The notes: generated from the letters alone by a model not told the origin. DNA of 59,553 nucleotides from a virus (IMGVR_UViG_3300016484_001067:1-59553); one strand, 5' to 3'; positions 28,565-37,198 are shown, counted from the stretch's first letter. Program-made: numbers and translations.

Positions 28565-28881
28565 GACGCTTCATCCTCGTCCGGCACGCCGACGTCTCCG
28601 GCGTCTCCGGCACCGGCATCGTCGCCGAGGGCATCGAGTTCTCCGACGGCCGCGTCGCCACCCGCTGGCTCGCCCCCGTCGGCCGGCCCGCGCAGACCTG
28701 CGTCTGGGACCGCATCAGCGACGTCGAAGCCGTCCACGGACACGGAGGCCTCACCCGCGTCCACTGGGTCGACGACGCCCGCGTCCACACCGACCCGCTG
28801 CCCACCGAGCCCTACGGCACCACGCCGCTGTTCGACAGCCTCGTGAACCCAGACCCGGCCCCGCCACCCGCAGCCGCCTGA
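28561..28881 (+). CDS. Conserved actinophage hypothetical protein
   Basis: RRFILVRHADVSGVSGTGIVAEGIEFSDG motif; ATGA coupling. Confidence 0.75.
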   Translation: MRRFILVRHADVSGVSGTGIVAEGIEFSDGRVATRWLAPVGRPAQTCVWDRISDVEAVHGHGGLTRVHWVDDARVHTDPLPTEPYGTTPLFDSLVNPDPAPPPAAA

Positions 28882-28955
28882 CCCCGGCCCCACCCGGGCC
28901 CGAGCGCCCCACCAGCCGTCCGGCGGCTGGTGGGGCGCTCGCCGTCGTTTGCGCC

Positions 28956-29228
28956 TCAGCCGCCCCCACCGGCCGGCTGGGCGAGCACCACGAGCCCGCG
29001 CGGCACCGACCGGTCCGCGCACACCTCGACGTCCCGCAGCGCAGCCGCCAACGTCGTCCGCGCGCACATCGGCCCCCACGCCACCAACGCGACATGCAGC
29101 TCGTCGAGCGTCACCGGGTGCGCGACCAACGCGGCACCCAGCACCCGGGCAGCGTCCGCGACCGCGAGCACATCCACCCGCGCAGGGTCCCGGACCGACA
29201 GTAGCGCTCGCGGCTCCGTGGCGAGCAT
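28956..29228 (-). CDS. Hypothetical protein
   Basis: GGAGGTG RBS upstream of ATG 29228 on the minus strand. Confidence 0.5.
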   Translation of the reverse strand: MLATEPRALLSVRDPARVDVLAVADAARVLGAALVAHPVTLDELHVALVAWGPMCARTTLAAALRDVEVCADRSVPRGLVVLAQPAGGGG

Positions 29229-29275
29229 GGCGACCACCTCCGTGATCGACTGTCCCACCTGACCGGTTTGTGTGG

Positions 29276-29548
29276 CTAGAACGAATCCTCGGGCACCGGC
29301 GCGCGGCGCGTCACCGCGGCCGCCGGCATCCACGGGATCAACGTCCGGGAGTCCACCACGACCTCGACCTGGACGACGTCCGGGTTCCGCCGCCAGCCCA
29401 TCGCCCGGCCCGGCAGATCAAGCACACGGCCATCCTCGAGCTCGACGTGCACGACGACCGCGGGACGCTCCAGCGGCGCCCAGGATCCGGCCGGGGCACC
29501 CGTCGTCTGATGCGCTCGCGCGGCGTTGCGGATCCTCGGCTCGGCCAT
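29276..29548 (-). CDS. Hypothetical protein
   Basis: Ordered beta-rich C-terminal part of ORF 29276..29827. Confidence 0.5.
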   Translation of the reverse strand: MAEPRIRNAARAHQTTGAPAGSWAPLERPAVVVHVELEDGRVLDLPGRAMGWRRNPDVVQVEVVVDSRTLIPWMPAAAVTRRAPVPEDSF

Positions 29549-29600
29549 GGCGGCGAGCATGCCACCAGGGTCCGACGGACAACCTGGCTGGTTACCTGCC

Positions 29601-30026
29601 TCAGAGGGCCCGACCGCCGTGGCGATGTGGGCGTGTCCGGTTGTAGGCGACCTTCCGCTGGTACTCCGCTTCGAGGTCGATGCCGTAGGCCTCGCACTCG
29701 GTGAGGAGACGGATGAAAATGTCGGCGAACTCGGAGCCGACACCCTCGGGCTTGCCAGGGCGGGTCGTCTCGTCGCACTCGTGGTCCCACGTCGAGTCGC
29801 CGCACTGCGGATCGGTACAGCGAACACGAACGTCCTTCGTGGCGTCCTTGACGCCCCAGTCGCGGTACGCTTCCAGCGCCTCTGACACCTCGGAGTGCAG
29901 GAGCGCCATCCGGTCGCCGAAGGTGCCGCGGTCGACGCCGGGGCCGGTCCATCCGAGGTCGCGTTCGACCTGGACGACCTCGGCCTGCATGGCTCGCAGC
30001 GACATGTGCTGACTCGGGTATCCCAT
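29601..30026 (-). CDS. MazG-like nucleotide pyrophosphohydrolase
   Basis: MALLHSEVSEALEAYR, KPEGVGSEFADIFIRLL, KVAYNRTRPHRHGG; GAGG RBS. Confidence 0.88.
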   Translation of the reverse strand: MGYPSQHMSLRAMQAEVVQVERDLGWTGPGVDRGTFGDRMALLHSEVSEALEAYRDWGVKDATKDVRVRCTDPQCGDSTWDHECDETTRPGKPEGVGSEFADIFIRLLTECEAYGIDLEAEYQRKVAYNRTRPHRHGGRAL

Positions 30027-30051
30027 TGCGTTGTCCTCTCCTAGCACCCGA

Positions 30052-30453
30052 CTACTGGTCTTCGTACCGGCGGTGCTCGCCCGGCCCGGTCGGCAGCCAC
30101 CAGTCCCTCAGCAGACACCACGCGGCTGGCGTCAGGGTCCAGAACACGACGCTAGACCCGTACCCCGACAGCGCGACGCCCGTGAGCATCGTGACGGTGA
30201 ACCAGCGGACCGTCGGCAGCCACGTCGCCGGGTGCGCCCGGTACCGCCAGAACCCCGGGTCGAAGACCTGCACGAGCAGCGCCTCGGACCGCGGCTTCCA
30301 CGGCTCCACCACGGGCTCCGGGACGGCGGCCGGTGGGACCGCGACGATGTCGAGCTCGACGGGCGCCCCCCGGTAGGTGGCCCTGCCGACAGGCACGACG
30401 ACCTCACCGGGCACGACCCGCACGACGGCGACGTCCGTCCCCGGCCGCGTCAC
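30052..30453 (-). CDS. Membrane protein
   Basis: GTGA-coupled to the hydrolase; two hydrophobic Trp-rich segments. Confidence 0.6.
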   Translation of the reverse strand: MTRPGTDVAVVRVVPGEVVVPVGRATYRGAPVELDIVAVPPAAVPEPVVEPWKPRSEALLVQVFDPGFWRYRAHPATWLPTVRWFTVTMLTGVALSGYGSSVVFWTLTPAAWCLLRDWWLPTGPGEHRRYEDQ

Positions 30454-31025
30454 GGCATCCACCCCGCGGCCACCTGCGCGGCCACGACACCCATGCCGGG
30501 GACGACACCGGCGCTCGCGGCGACGACCCACGCACCGAGCGGCACGAGCACCAGCCCGGCCGCGGCCTCGAGGATGCCGCCGCACCTGAGACCCGCGCCG
30601 AGGTGCGCCCACCACGGCATCAGCGGGATCCCCGGGCCGCGGCCGGAGAACCGGTCTGCGCGCCCGAACAGCAGGTCCCCGAGCAGGTGCGACCACCAGC
30701 CGGCGAGCAGCGCCCCAGCGACCAGCCACAGCCAGCCGCCGCGGGCCGGCTGCACCAGCCACGACGCGGTCAGGAGCGCCGGGAACAGCCACCAGTGGGT
30801 CAGCCCCCGGTGCTGCATCGGTCCGCCGCGGCCCAGTACCTCGTCCGGGACGACCTGGTCCACGCGCCGCCACCACCGGTACTGGTCGGCGTCCGGGGAC
30901 AGCTGCCCCGCAGACGTCACGACCGCGACAGCACCGGCCGCCGCGACCAGCGGCCACGCCAGCCCGCACGCCTGCCCGTAGGCCGCGCCCACGGCGAACC
31001 CGAGCGCGCGGTGCGTCGACGCCAT
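30450..31025 (-). CDS. Membrane metal-dependent hydrolase (YdjM-like)
   Basis: STH, SPDAD, HRGLTH and SHLLGD motifs. Confidence 0.85.
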   Translation of the reverse strand: MASTHRALGFAVGAAYGQACGLAWPLVAAAGAVAVVTSAGQLSPDADQYRWWRRVDQVVPDEVLGRGGPMQHRGLTHWWLFPALLTASWLVQPARGGWLWLVAGALLAGWWSHLLGDLLFGRADRFSGRGPGIPLMPWWAHLGAGLRCGGILEAAAGLVLVPLGAWVVAASAGVVPGMGVVAAQVAAGWMP

Positions 31026-31750
31026 CACGCGGCGGCCTCCTGCGCCTCGATGGCCTTGAGTGCCCGCTGCGCTGTCTTCCTGGCGTGCTTCTCGCCGAGC
31101 TGCTCCAGCTGCGACAGGCCCGGGAGCACGCCGTGCTCGGCGCGCCACGCGAGGGCGTCGGCGACGGCCAGGGCGACCTTCGGGCCCAGCGGCTGCTCGA
31201 CAGCCGGCCGCACCAGCGCCAGCCCGGACGGCGCCCCAACCACGCTTGCAGCGTCGCTGGCACGCTCCAACGCCGGCGGTTCGGCCTTGGAGCGTGCCGG
31301 TGCAGCCGCCGCGCGGCCGGCTGCCCGGCTGGAGCGGGCGGTCAGGTGGTACAGGTACGACGCCGCCCCGAGGACCGCGACCGGCAGGCACGACACGATG
31401 ACGGTGACCACCCAGGGCGCCCTCGTGGCGCCGTGCGCGGCGAGCAGGTGGTACGCGACCTGCCCGACAGCGCCGAGCACCAGGGCTGCGCCAGCGGACC
31501 AGGCAGCGAACCGCCGCGCGGCCGCCGGCATCTCCCGCCCGGACGTCGCGACCGACAGCGCGTAGGCCGCGTAGGCCTCCACCCCGATCGGCAGGGTGAT
31601 CGCCGTGTTCACGGTGAGCCCGTCCCAGATCCCCGGCAGCGGCTTCACCACCCCGAAGCCGGTCATCCCGCCGAGGCCGACCCAGCCCGACCAGATCGCG
31701 ACGGTCGCCGGGATCGCGATGGGCACCAGCCAACGCCTGTCCACGCTCAC
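31025..31750 (-). CDS. SpdA/DUF2637-like multi-pass membrane protein (plasmid/AICE spread-type)
   Basis: AIWSGWVGLGGMTGFG..TAITLPIGVEAYAAYAL..GQVAYHLL..VSCLPVAVLG; AGGAGG RBS. Confidence 0.65.
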   Translation of the reverse strand: MSVDRRWLVPIAIPATVAIWSGWVGLGGMTGFGVVKPLPGIWDGLTVNTAITLPIGVEAYAAYALSVATSGREMPAAARRFAAWSAGAALVLGAVGQVAYHLLAAHGATRAPWVVTVIVSCLPVAVLGAASYLYHLTARSSRAAGRAAAAPARSKAEPPALERASDAASVVGAPSGLALVRPAVEQPLGPKVALAVADALAWRAEHGVLPGLSQLEQLGEKHARKTAQRALKAIEAQEAAA

Positions 31751-32028
31751 GCCCCCTCCTGCGCCGTCTCCGGCAGCTCCAGGTCGTCGTCGTGCGGCAT
31801 GACGACGCGACCCCTCCCGCCGGCGGCCATCTCCTCCGCCAGGGCGTAGGCGCGGCCTCGCGCCTCCTGCTCCGTGTGGCAGCGCTCGGTCGGCGGCACC
31901 TTCCGCGGGTCGCCCTCGGGCAGGATCACCGTCGCGATCCACGGCTTCCAGATGCCCCACTGCCGGAACAGCCGGCCCCGCGACTGCAGCCGGTACCAGT
32001 CCGGCACGTACACCCCGGGCCGGCTCAC
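31747..32028 (-). CDS. Hypothetical protein
   Basis: GTGA coupling at both ends. Confidence 0.6.
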   Translation of the reverse strand: MSRPGVYVPDWYRLQSRGRLFRQWGIWKPWIATVILPEGDPRKVPPTERCHTEQEARGRAYALAEEMAAGGRGRVVMPHDDDLELPETAQEGA

Positions 32029-32138
32029 CGCAGCACCGCCGCAGCAACGCCCGCGCCGACACACACCAGCAGCAGCGACCACCTCGCGGACGCCGGCACC
32101 GGCATCGCGCGCACCAGCAGGCTGCGCCGCGCCGTCAC
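32025..32138 (-). CDS. Small membrane peptide
   Basis: 37 aa with hydrophobic C-terminus; coupled at both ends. Confidence 0.45.
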   Translation of the reverse strand: MTARRSLLVRAMPVPASARWSLLLVCVGAGVAAAVLR

Positions 32139-32428
32139 TGCACGCCCCGGCACGGGTAGCCGTCCTCGTTCAGCCAGCCGCCGTAGCCGACCACCTCGCG
32201 GTACCAGTAGACGCGCCGCTCCGCGGGCCCCAGGCGCACCTTGCCGCCGCGTACCCAGCCCGCCATCAGCTTCCCGAGGGACGGCTGGTAGTCGTCCGGC
32301 ATCGCGGGCAGCGCGGGGCTGGCCGGCAGCGGCGTCAGCGGGTGGGACTGCGGCGTCGAGCCGTGGCCCGGCGCCCCGTGGGCGGCGCACCGCATCGGAC
32401 CGCGCGGGTCGTCCTTCGACCGGCACAT
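32135..32428 (-). CDS. Hypothetical protein
   Basis: GAGGAG RBS; TGATG coupling to the FtsK-like gene. Confidence 0.6.
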   Translation of the reverse strand: MCRSKDDPRGPMRCAAHGAPGHGSTPQSHPLTPLPASPALPAMPDDYQPSLGKLMAGWVRGGKVRLGPAERRVYWYREVVGYGGWLNEDGYPCRGVQ

Positions 32429-34326
32429 CACTGGCTCCTCTCCATCAGCGACCAACGGCCGCCGTACTTGGCTTCCTTCGTCACCCCGGCCATCCGCGGC
32501 AGGGTGGAGTTCACGGTCGTCTTCGACAGGCGGGTCGCGGCGACGAGCTCCTTCTCGGTGCGCGGCCCGTCGACGAGCACGGCACGGATCCGCGCCTCGG
32601 GGTCCGGGTCCCGCAGGTAGCCCGGCTCCCCGGCGCCGGGCAGCTCGACGACCTGGGCGACGTGCCCGTCGTCGACACCCGCCCAGCTGCGCTCGCCGCG
32701 CGCGGGCGCACTCTCGGGCGTCCCCCACGGCTCCGGCTGCCGGGCGACCCGCGGCCGCTCCCAGCCAGGGATGTCGGCATGCCGCGCTCGCAGGGTCCGG
32801 GCGTCGCGCTGCAGGTAGAACTTCACCTGCGTGGGCGTCGGGTACGTCGGCGACTGGATGAACGCCACGCCCGGCGTCGCGGCGGAGATCGACGGGAGCA
32901 GGCTCTGGTCGCCGAACATGGCGTCCGACGTCTCCTTGCCGGCCCTGAACCCGATCCGGACATTGAACTGGTCCCGGACGCTCGTCCCGCCCCGGTCCGG
33001 CTTCCCGAACGCGGCCTCCGCGGTGCCCGGCTGCGACACCCAGATCAGGCCCATCGAGAACTTCCGCCACTCGAACACCGCCGTCCGCATGCACGTCATG
33101 AACGCGTCGTCGCGGACGGCGCGGGGGCCGCCGTCGACGACCGGCAGGTGCAGCGGGTGCTCCCGGGACGGCGGGATGACGTCCACGCCCAGGTCCCGCG
33201 CCATCCGCTTGAGCAGCGTCTTGCGGGCCTCGTGCTCGTCGAGCAGCGCCCGCCACACCTCCATCGCCTCGGGGATCGTCGTCGCGTAGGACGCCGCGTA
33301 CCGCTCCCAGCCGGCCAGCGTCGGCCCGTCCTCGAGGTCGATGATGTGCGGCACCACCACCCCCGACGAGACCGCGGCGAGCAGGATGTCGTCCAGGCCG
33401 TAGGTCTTCCCCGACCCCGACTCCCCGGTCATCCAGATCCGCCGCGCCCCCCACGACGGCGTGTGCAGATCCAGCAGCGCCGGCGACCAGTCGGCCAGCA
33501 CGCACCCGACCGGCTCCAGCCCAGTGGCCGGGTCGAGGCTGGCCCCGTCCGGCCACTCCACGACAGACGCCACCCGCTCGGCCTTGGCGGCCCGCTCCCG
33601 GTCCGCCCACTCCCGCGTCGTGATCCGGACGATCGCCTCGCCCTTGTGGCCACCCTCGACCACGCGCACGCAGTCCCCGTAGGTCAGGTAGACGGCCGCA
33701 ATGACCCCGGACGCCTTGGCCACGTGGTCGACGGTCTGCGCGACCCGGCCCAGCCGGATCCGCAGCACCACCTCCCGCAGCAGCCCCGTGGCCTCGTCGA
33801 CGACCAGTTCGGCCGCGCGCCGCCGGCCCACCGGCCGGATGACCCGCGACCCCGGCAGGACCGCCTTCTCCGTCACCTTCCCGTCGCCGTCGACCACGTC
33901 GACCGACAGCCGGTCCCACAGGGCCACCCACCGGTCAGTGGACACACGACGACGCCACCGGACGGCCGCGTACAAGGCCACCGCGCTCGCGGGGGCCGTG
34001 GGCACCAGTGCCGCCCACCAGGTCAGCCCGGCCACGTACAGGGCCACCCACTGGCCAGCGGCCAGCAGGCCCGCGGCCACCGTGGTCACCGCTGGCCGGA
34101 CCTCGGCCATGTAGATGACCCACCGGATGGCCCGCCGGGTCAGCGACTGGCGCTGTTTGGCCTGTGTCGGGGTCAGCGTGAACGTCTGGCCCGGCCCCAG
34201 GCCCACCGACCCCATGGCCACGCCCCGGCCTCTGGCCCCGCGGCGGGCACCCCGCCGGTCCAGGGCCAGGTTCCCCCAGACCAGCAGGAACAGCAGAGTC
34301 CCCACGAGCAGCGTCCGACCGTTCAC
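32428..34326 (-). CDS. FtsK/SpoIIIE-family (TraB-like) DNA translocase
   Basis: N-terminal TM segments, Walker A GESGSGKT, IIDLEDG, SQP and RDQFNVRI motifs, C-terminal winged HTH; Walker B reads VVDG; GGAGG RBS. Confidence 0.78.
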   Translation of the reverse strand: MNGRTLLVGTLLFLLVWGNLALDRRGARRGARGRGVAMGSVGLGPGQTFTLTPTQAKQRQSLTRRAIRWVIYMAEVRPAVTTVAAGLLAAGQWVALYVAGLTWWAALVPTAPASAVALYAAVRWRRRVSTDRWVALWDRLSVDVVDGDGKVTEKAVLPGSRVIRPVGRRRAAELVVDEATGLLREVVLRIRLGRVAQTVDHVAKASGVIAAVYLTYGDCVRVVEGGHKGEAIVRITTREWADRERAAKAERVASVVEWPDGASLDPATGLEPVGCVLADWSPALLDLHTPSWGARRIWMTGESGSGKTYGLDDILLAAVSSGVVVPHIIDLEDGPTLAGWERYAASYATTIPEAMEVWRALLDEHEARKTLLKRMARDLGVDVIPPSREHPLHLPVVDGGPRAVRDDAFMTCMRTAVFEWRKFSMGLIWVSQPGTAEAAFGKPDRGGTSVRDQFNVRIGFRAGKETSDAMFGDQSLLPSISAATPGVAFIQSPTYPTPTQVKFYLQRDARTLRARHADIPGWERPRVARQPEPWGTPESAPARGERSWAGVDDGHVAQVVELPGAGEPGYLRDPDPEARIRAVLVDGPRTEKELVAATRLSKTTVNSTLPRMAGVTKEAKYGGRWSLMERSQ

Positions 34327-34544
34327 CACGCACCTCCGTCCGGGCGTGCGGCCCGGCGGTGGGGGGCGTCCACCGCCGGGCCACACCCGGCCGCACCGGG
34401 CGGGGTCCCGTGCATGCGCGGCCGGCAACCGGCGGCAGACACCGCCGGAAGTGCATTTCCGCAGGTCAGGGCTGGAATTCCGGCCCGGGATTTGGTATCG
34501 CGCACGCGCGCTGCACGCGCGCTGCGGGCGCGCTGGACCATCAC
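34323..34544 (-). CDS. Hypothetical protein
   Basis: GTGA overlap with both neighbours; low complexity. Confidence 0.35.
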   Translation of the reverse strand: MMVQRARSARAARVRDTKSRAGIPALTCGNALPAVSAAGCRPRMHGTPPGAAGCGPAVDAPHRRAARPDGGAW

Positions 34545-34831
34545 GACCGGCCCCCTCGCCGCCAGGAATTCCGCGCACGCGCGCCCGCGCTCACACCCGC
34601 CGCAGGCACGTCACCCGCGCCCCGCGCATCAGGCGCGTCCGCGCTCGCGGGCACACCCGTGAGCGTCCCGAGCTCGCGGTTGATCGCGGCTGCGACCCGG
34701 GCCATCAGCTGCTCGGCCGCCAGGTCCTGGCCTGCTCGGCGCAGCGCGGTCGCTGCGCGGCGGGCGCTGTCGAACGCACGGACCGCGGCGCGCTGCGACG
34801 GGCTGACGCTCTCCCACCTGCTCGTGGCCAT
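34541..34831 (-). CDS. Hypothetical protein
   Basis: TGATG coupling to the upstream gene. Confidence 0.5.
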   Translation of the reverse strand: MATSRWESVSPSQRAAVRAFDSARRAATALRRAGQDLAAEQLMARVAAAINRELGTLTGVPASADAPDARGAGDVPAAGVSAGARARNSWRRGGRS

Positions 34832-35322
34832 CAGCTCGCCGACCCAGCGGCCAGACGAGCCTTGGCCCGCCACGCGGTGGATGCGGCGCGCTCGGCCTCT
34901 TGGCACGCCCAGTCCAGCGGCTGCCCTGCCCGGCGGTGCCGTCGAGCGGCTTGCGACGTCCCGCACTCGGGGACCGGCCGTGGCGGCCGCCCCGCGTTCT
35001 TCCTGGCCGTCAGGTCTGCCCAGTACGCGGCGGCTGCCCGCCGGCACGGCTCGCATGGCTTCTCGCCTCGGCGGTAGTGCCGGCGAGACGCCGCGTAGGT
35101 GCCGCACGGCTGCGACTGGCGCGTCGGCCCCGTGATGGCCAGCTGCTGCCGGTAACGGTTCCGCGCCTGCCGGCACTCCTCGCACGGCTTCTCTCCGCGC
35201 GCGTAGTGTCGCTGCGCCGCGGCCGCCGTCCCGCACGGCTGCAGCCCGTCCTTCCGGGCCTGCGTCACCGGCGGAGCGATCTGCTCCGCCAGCCAGGCCA
35301 CGTCGATGACGACCTTGCCCAT
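34831..35322 (-). CDS. Protein with three CGT..RH..C..C Zn-finger-like repeats
   Basis: PCGTAAAAQRHYARGEKPCEEC, PCGTYAASRRHYRRGEKPCEPC, ECGTSQAARRHRRAGQPLDWAC. Confidence 0.8.
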   Translation of the reverse strand: MGKVVIDVAWLAEQIAPPVTQARKDGLQPCGTAAAAQRHYARGEKPCEECRQARNRYRQQLAITGPTRQSQPCGTYAASRRHYRRGEKPCEPCRRAAAAYWADLTARKNAGRPPRPVPECGTSQAARRHRRAGQPLDWACQEAERAASTAWRAKARLAAGSAS

Positions 35323-35669
35323 CAGGCCGCAGCCTCCCCGAGCTCGTCGACGTCCTCGTCAGCGTCGTCGTCCTCACCTGCAGTGGTGACGGCCTGGCCG
35401 GGCATGCGCTTCGCCAGCCGGCGGCGCTCGCGCTCCGACAGCCCGCCCCAAACACCGAACCGTTCGTCGTTGAACAGGGCGTAGACCAGGCACTGCAGAC
35501 GCACCGAGCAGCGCATGCACGTCGCCTTCGCCTCGCGAGTCGACGCACCCTTCTCCGGGAAGAACGACTCTGGGTCCGTCTGCGCGCACAGCGCCTCGTC
35601 CTGCCACGCCAGCTCGGCCGCAGCCCCGCCGAGCAGCCCGGTCGCCAGACCGGCGACCGCCGTGTTCAC
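35322..35669 (-). CDS. whiB: WhiB family Fe-S transcription factor (WhiB2-like)
   Basis: WQDEALCAQTDPESFFPEKG..CMRC..C..GVWGGLSERERR. Confidence 0.95.
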   Translation of the reverse strand: MNTAVAGLATGLLGGAAAELAWQDEALCAQTDPESFFPEKGASTREAKATCMRCSVRLQCLVYALFNDERFGVWGGLSERERRRLAKRMPGQAVTTAGEDDDADEDVDELGEAAA

Positions 35670-36028
35670 GAGCACACCCAGGCAATGCCGGCCGCGATGA
35701 GCGCAACCCAGACGGCACAACCGCCGCCGACGGCGAGCACGAACTCTGCCGTCCGGCGCCGCTGCATCCACCGGGTCATCGGAGGCAGAGGCTTCGGCGG
35801 CGGGAACGCGCTCGCGGGAGGCATCGGCGTCCGGCGCTCCTCGGCCTCGGCCTCGCCGCGGCGCTCGAGGACGACGGAGAACGCCTGGCGTGCGGCGCGC
35901 TCGGCGGCGGCCAGGACGAGGGCCCGCTCGTGCTCGGTGAGCCCATCGAGGGGCTCGCCCACGATCTCGGACACGAGCCGGTCGGGGAGGTCCGCGGAAG
36001 GCCGCGGGTACGGCAGGATGGCGCTCAC
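35666..36028 (-). CDS. Membrane-anchored hypothetical protein, first gene of the leftward operon
   Basis: AGGAGG RBS; C-terminal TM segment. Confidence 0.7.
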   Translation of the reverse strand: MSAILPYPRPSADLPDRLVSEIVGEPLDGLTEHERALVLAAAERAARQAFSVVLERRGEAEAEERRTPMPPASAFPPPKPLPPMTRWMQRRRTAEFVLAVGGGCAVWVALIAAGIAWVCS

Positions 36029-36111
36029 GATCGGGTCCCTCCTACAAGGGTTCCGGTCCAGGCCCCGGTGTCAGCGTTGGCGCGCTGCCCGGGGCCGCTC
36101 TGTCGGCGGTG

Positions 36112-36161
36112 CTAGTCAGGTGACTATCTAGGACGCTAGCCTAGTCATGTGACTAGTGCAA
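36112..36161 (-). promoter_or_regulatory. Leftward sigma70-type promoter with two palindromic operators
   Basis: Minus strand TTGCAC-17 nt-TAGCGT (36161-36133); operators CTAGTCATGTGACTAG (36141-36156) and CTAGTCAGGTGACTAT (36112-36127). Confidence 0.75.
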
Positions 36162-36196
36162 GGGGGTCTTGAGTGCATCCCGCTATCGTTCGCCTC

Positions 36197-36397
36197 GTGC
36201 ATCACCTGGTCGGAGTCCAAGAGATCGCGGTGATGCTCGGCGTCTCCCGGCAACGCGTCGGGCAGCTCGCCGCCCGGGACGACTTCCCGGCACCCGAGGC
36301 GGACCTGGCCACGGGACGCATCTGGTCACGCGAGAAGGTCGTCGCCTGGGCCACTGCCACCGGACGGCGCCTCGCCGACCCGGAGAGACCCGCATGA
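36197..36397 (+). CDS. AlpA-like HTH regulator
   Basis: LVGVQEIAVMLGVSRQRVGQL..DFPAP..GRIW; TATCGT -10 box just upstream (probably leaderless). Confidence 0.85.
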   Translation: MHHLVGVQEIAVMLGVSRQRVGQLAARDDFPAPEADLATGRIWSREKVVAWATATGRRLADPERPA

Positions 36398-36795
36398 CCG
36401 CCTCCCACCTAGACCCGCAGACGTGGATCGACCTCGGTCTCGCGCCTGCCGAGGCTGCGCGGGTGGCGTCCCCGGAGCGCTGGGAACGCGATCGGTGGGC
36501 CGGCCAGCACGTGCGACTGACCGTCGGAGAGGTCACGGTCGACGGCACCCTCAGGACGCCCCTGCACCCCGAGGAGGACGGAACCGTCACGGTCGAAGTC
36601 GCCATCGTCCCGACGGGCGACCACAGATCCGACGCCTCCCTGCTCAACGACACCGGCCGGCTCGACGTCACCCTCGAGCACGCCGACGGGCGCTGGGTCA
36701 TCGACGGGGGCACGCGCCGCGGCTGGGTGCTTGAGGCCAACAGGTTCCCTGCCGTCCGCGTCCTGTTCCCGCGCGCCGAGCTGCGACGGCCATGA
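36394..36795 (+). CDS. Hypothetical protein
   Basis: ATGA coupling; GGAG RBS. Confidence 0.6.
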   Translation: MTASHLDPQTWIDLGLAPAEAARVASPERWERDRWAGQHVRLTVGEVTVDGTLRTPLHPEEDGTVTVEVAIVPTGDHRSDASLLNDTGRLDVTLEHADGRWVIDGGTRRGWVLEANRFPAVRVLFPRAELRRP

Positions 36796-36965
36796 CCTAC
36801 CGCTGGTTCGTCCGCGCGTACTACGCCGACGACGTGCAGCCACCGAAAGAGCCTGGTGGCTTCGCGATTGAGATCGGCGGGAGGACGGAGGAAGCGCTGA
36901 CCATGGACCTGCGCATCCTCCGGGGGCGGGACGACATCGGCCGGATCGAAGGCCCGTCCGAGTGA
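36792..36965 (+). CDS. Hypothetical protein (57 aa, MTYRWFVRAYY...)
   Basis: Read by hand; ATGA coupling to the previous gene. Confidence 0.5.
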   Translation: MTYRWFVRAYYADDVQPPKEPGGFAIEIGGRTEEALTMDLRILRGRDDIGRIEGPSE

Positions 36966-37039
36966 GGTCGAGACGCGGCCCCTGGCACGATGATCGGTGG
37001 TCGCGCTCGCGGCCGCCGTACAGGGGAGGGACCACCGCC

Positions 37040-37198
37040 ATGCTCCGCAGCCTGCTAGAGAACCCGCTACCGCTGCTCGTCCTCGTGCTCCTGGTGCTCG
37101 CCGTCGTCATGACGGTCCGCACCCTCCGCCGGCGCTCGCGGGACCGCCGCGAGCAGCTCGCCCGCATCGAGGCCAAGCTCGACCGCCGGCAGCGGTGA
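37040..37198 (+). CDS. Small single-pass membrane protein
   Basis: GGGAGG RBS; Leu/Val TM segment followed by a basic tail. Confidence 0.65.
   Translation: MLRSLLENPLPLLVLVLLVLAVVMTVRTLRRRSRDRREQLARIEAKLDRRQR

Noticed and set aside
29270-29295. Possible LexA (SOS) box TAGAACGAATCCTCGG
   Set aside because: Right half does not match the actinobacterial TCGAAC-N4-GTTCGA consensus
34495-34680. CACGCGCG-type repeats as a TraB clt locus
   Set aside because: Low-complexity GC sequence inside coupled ORFs; too few and too irregular to support
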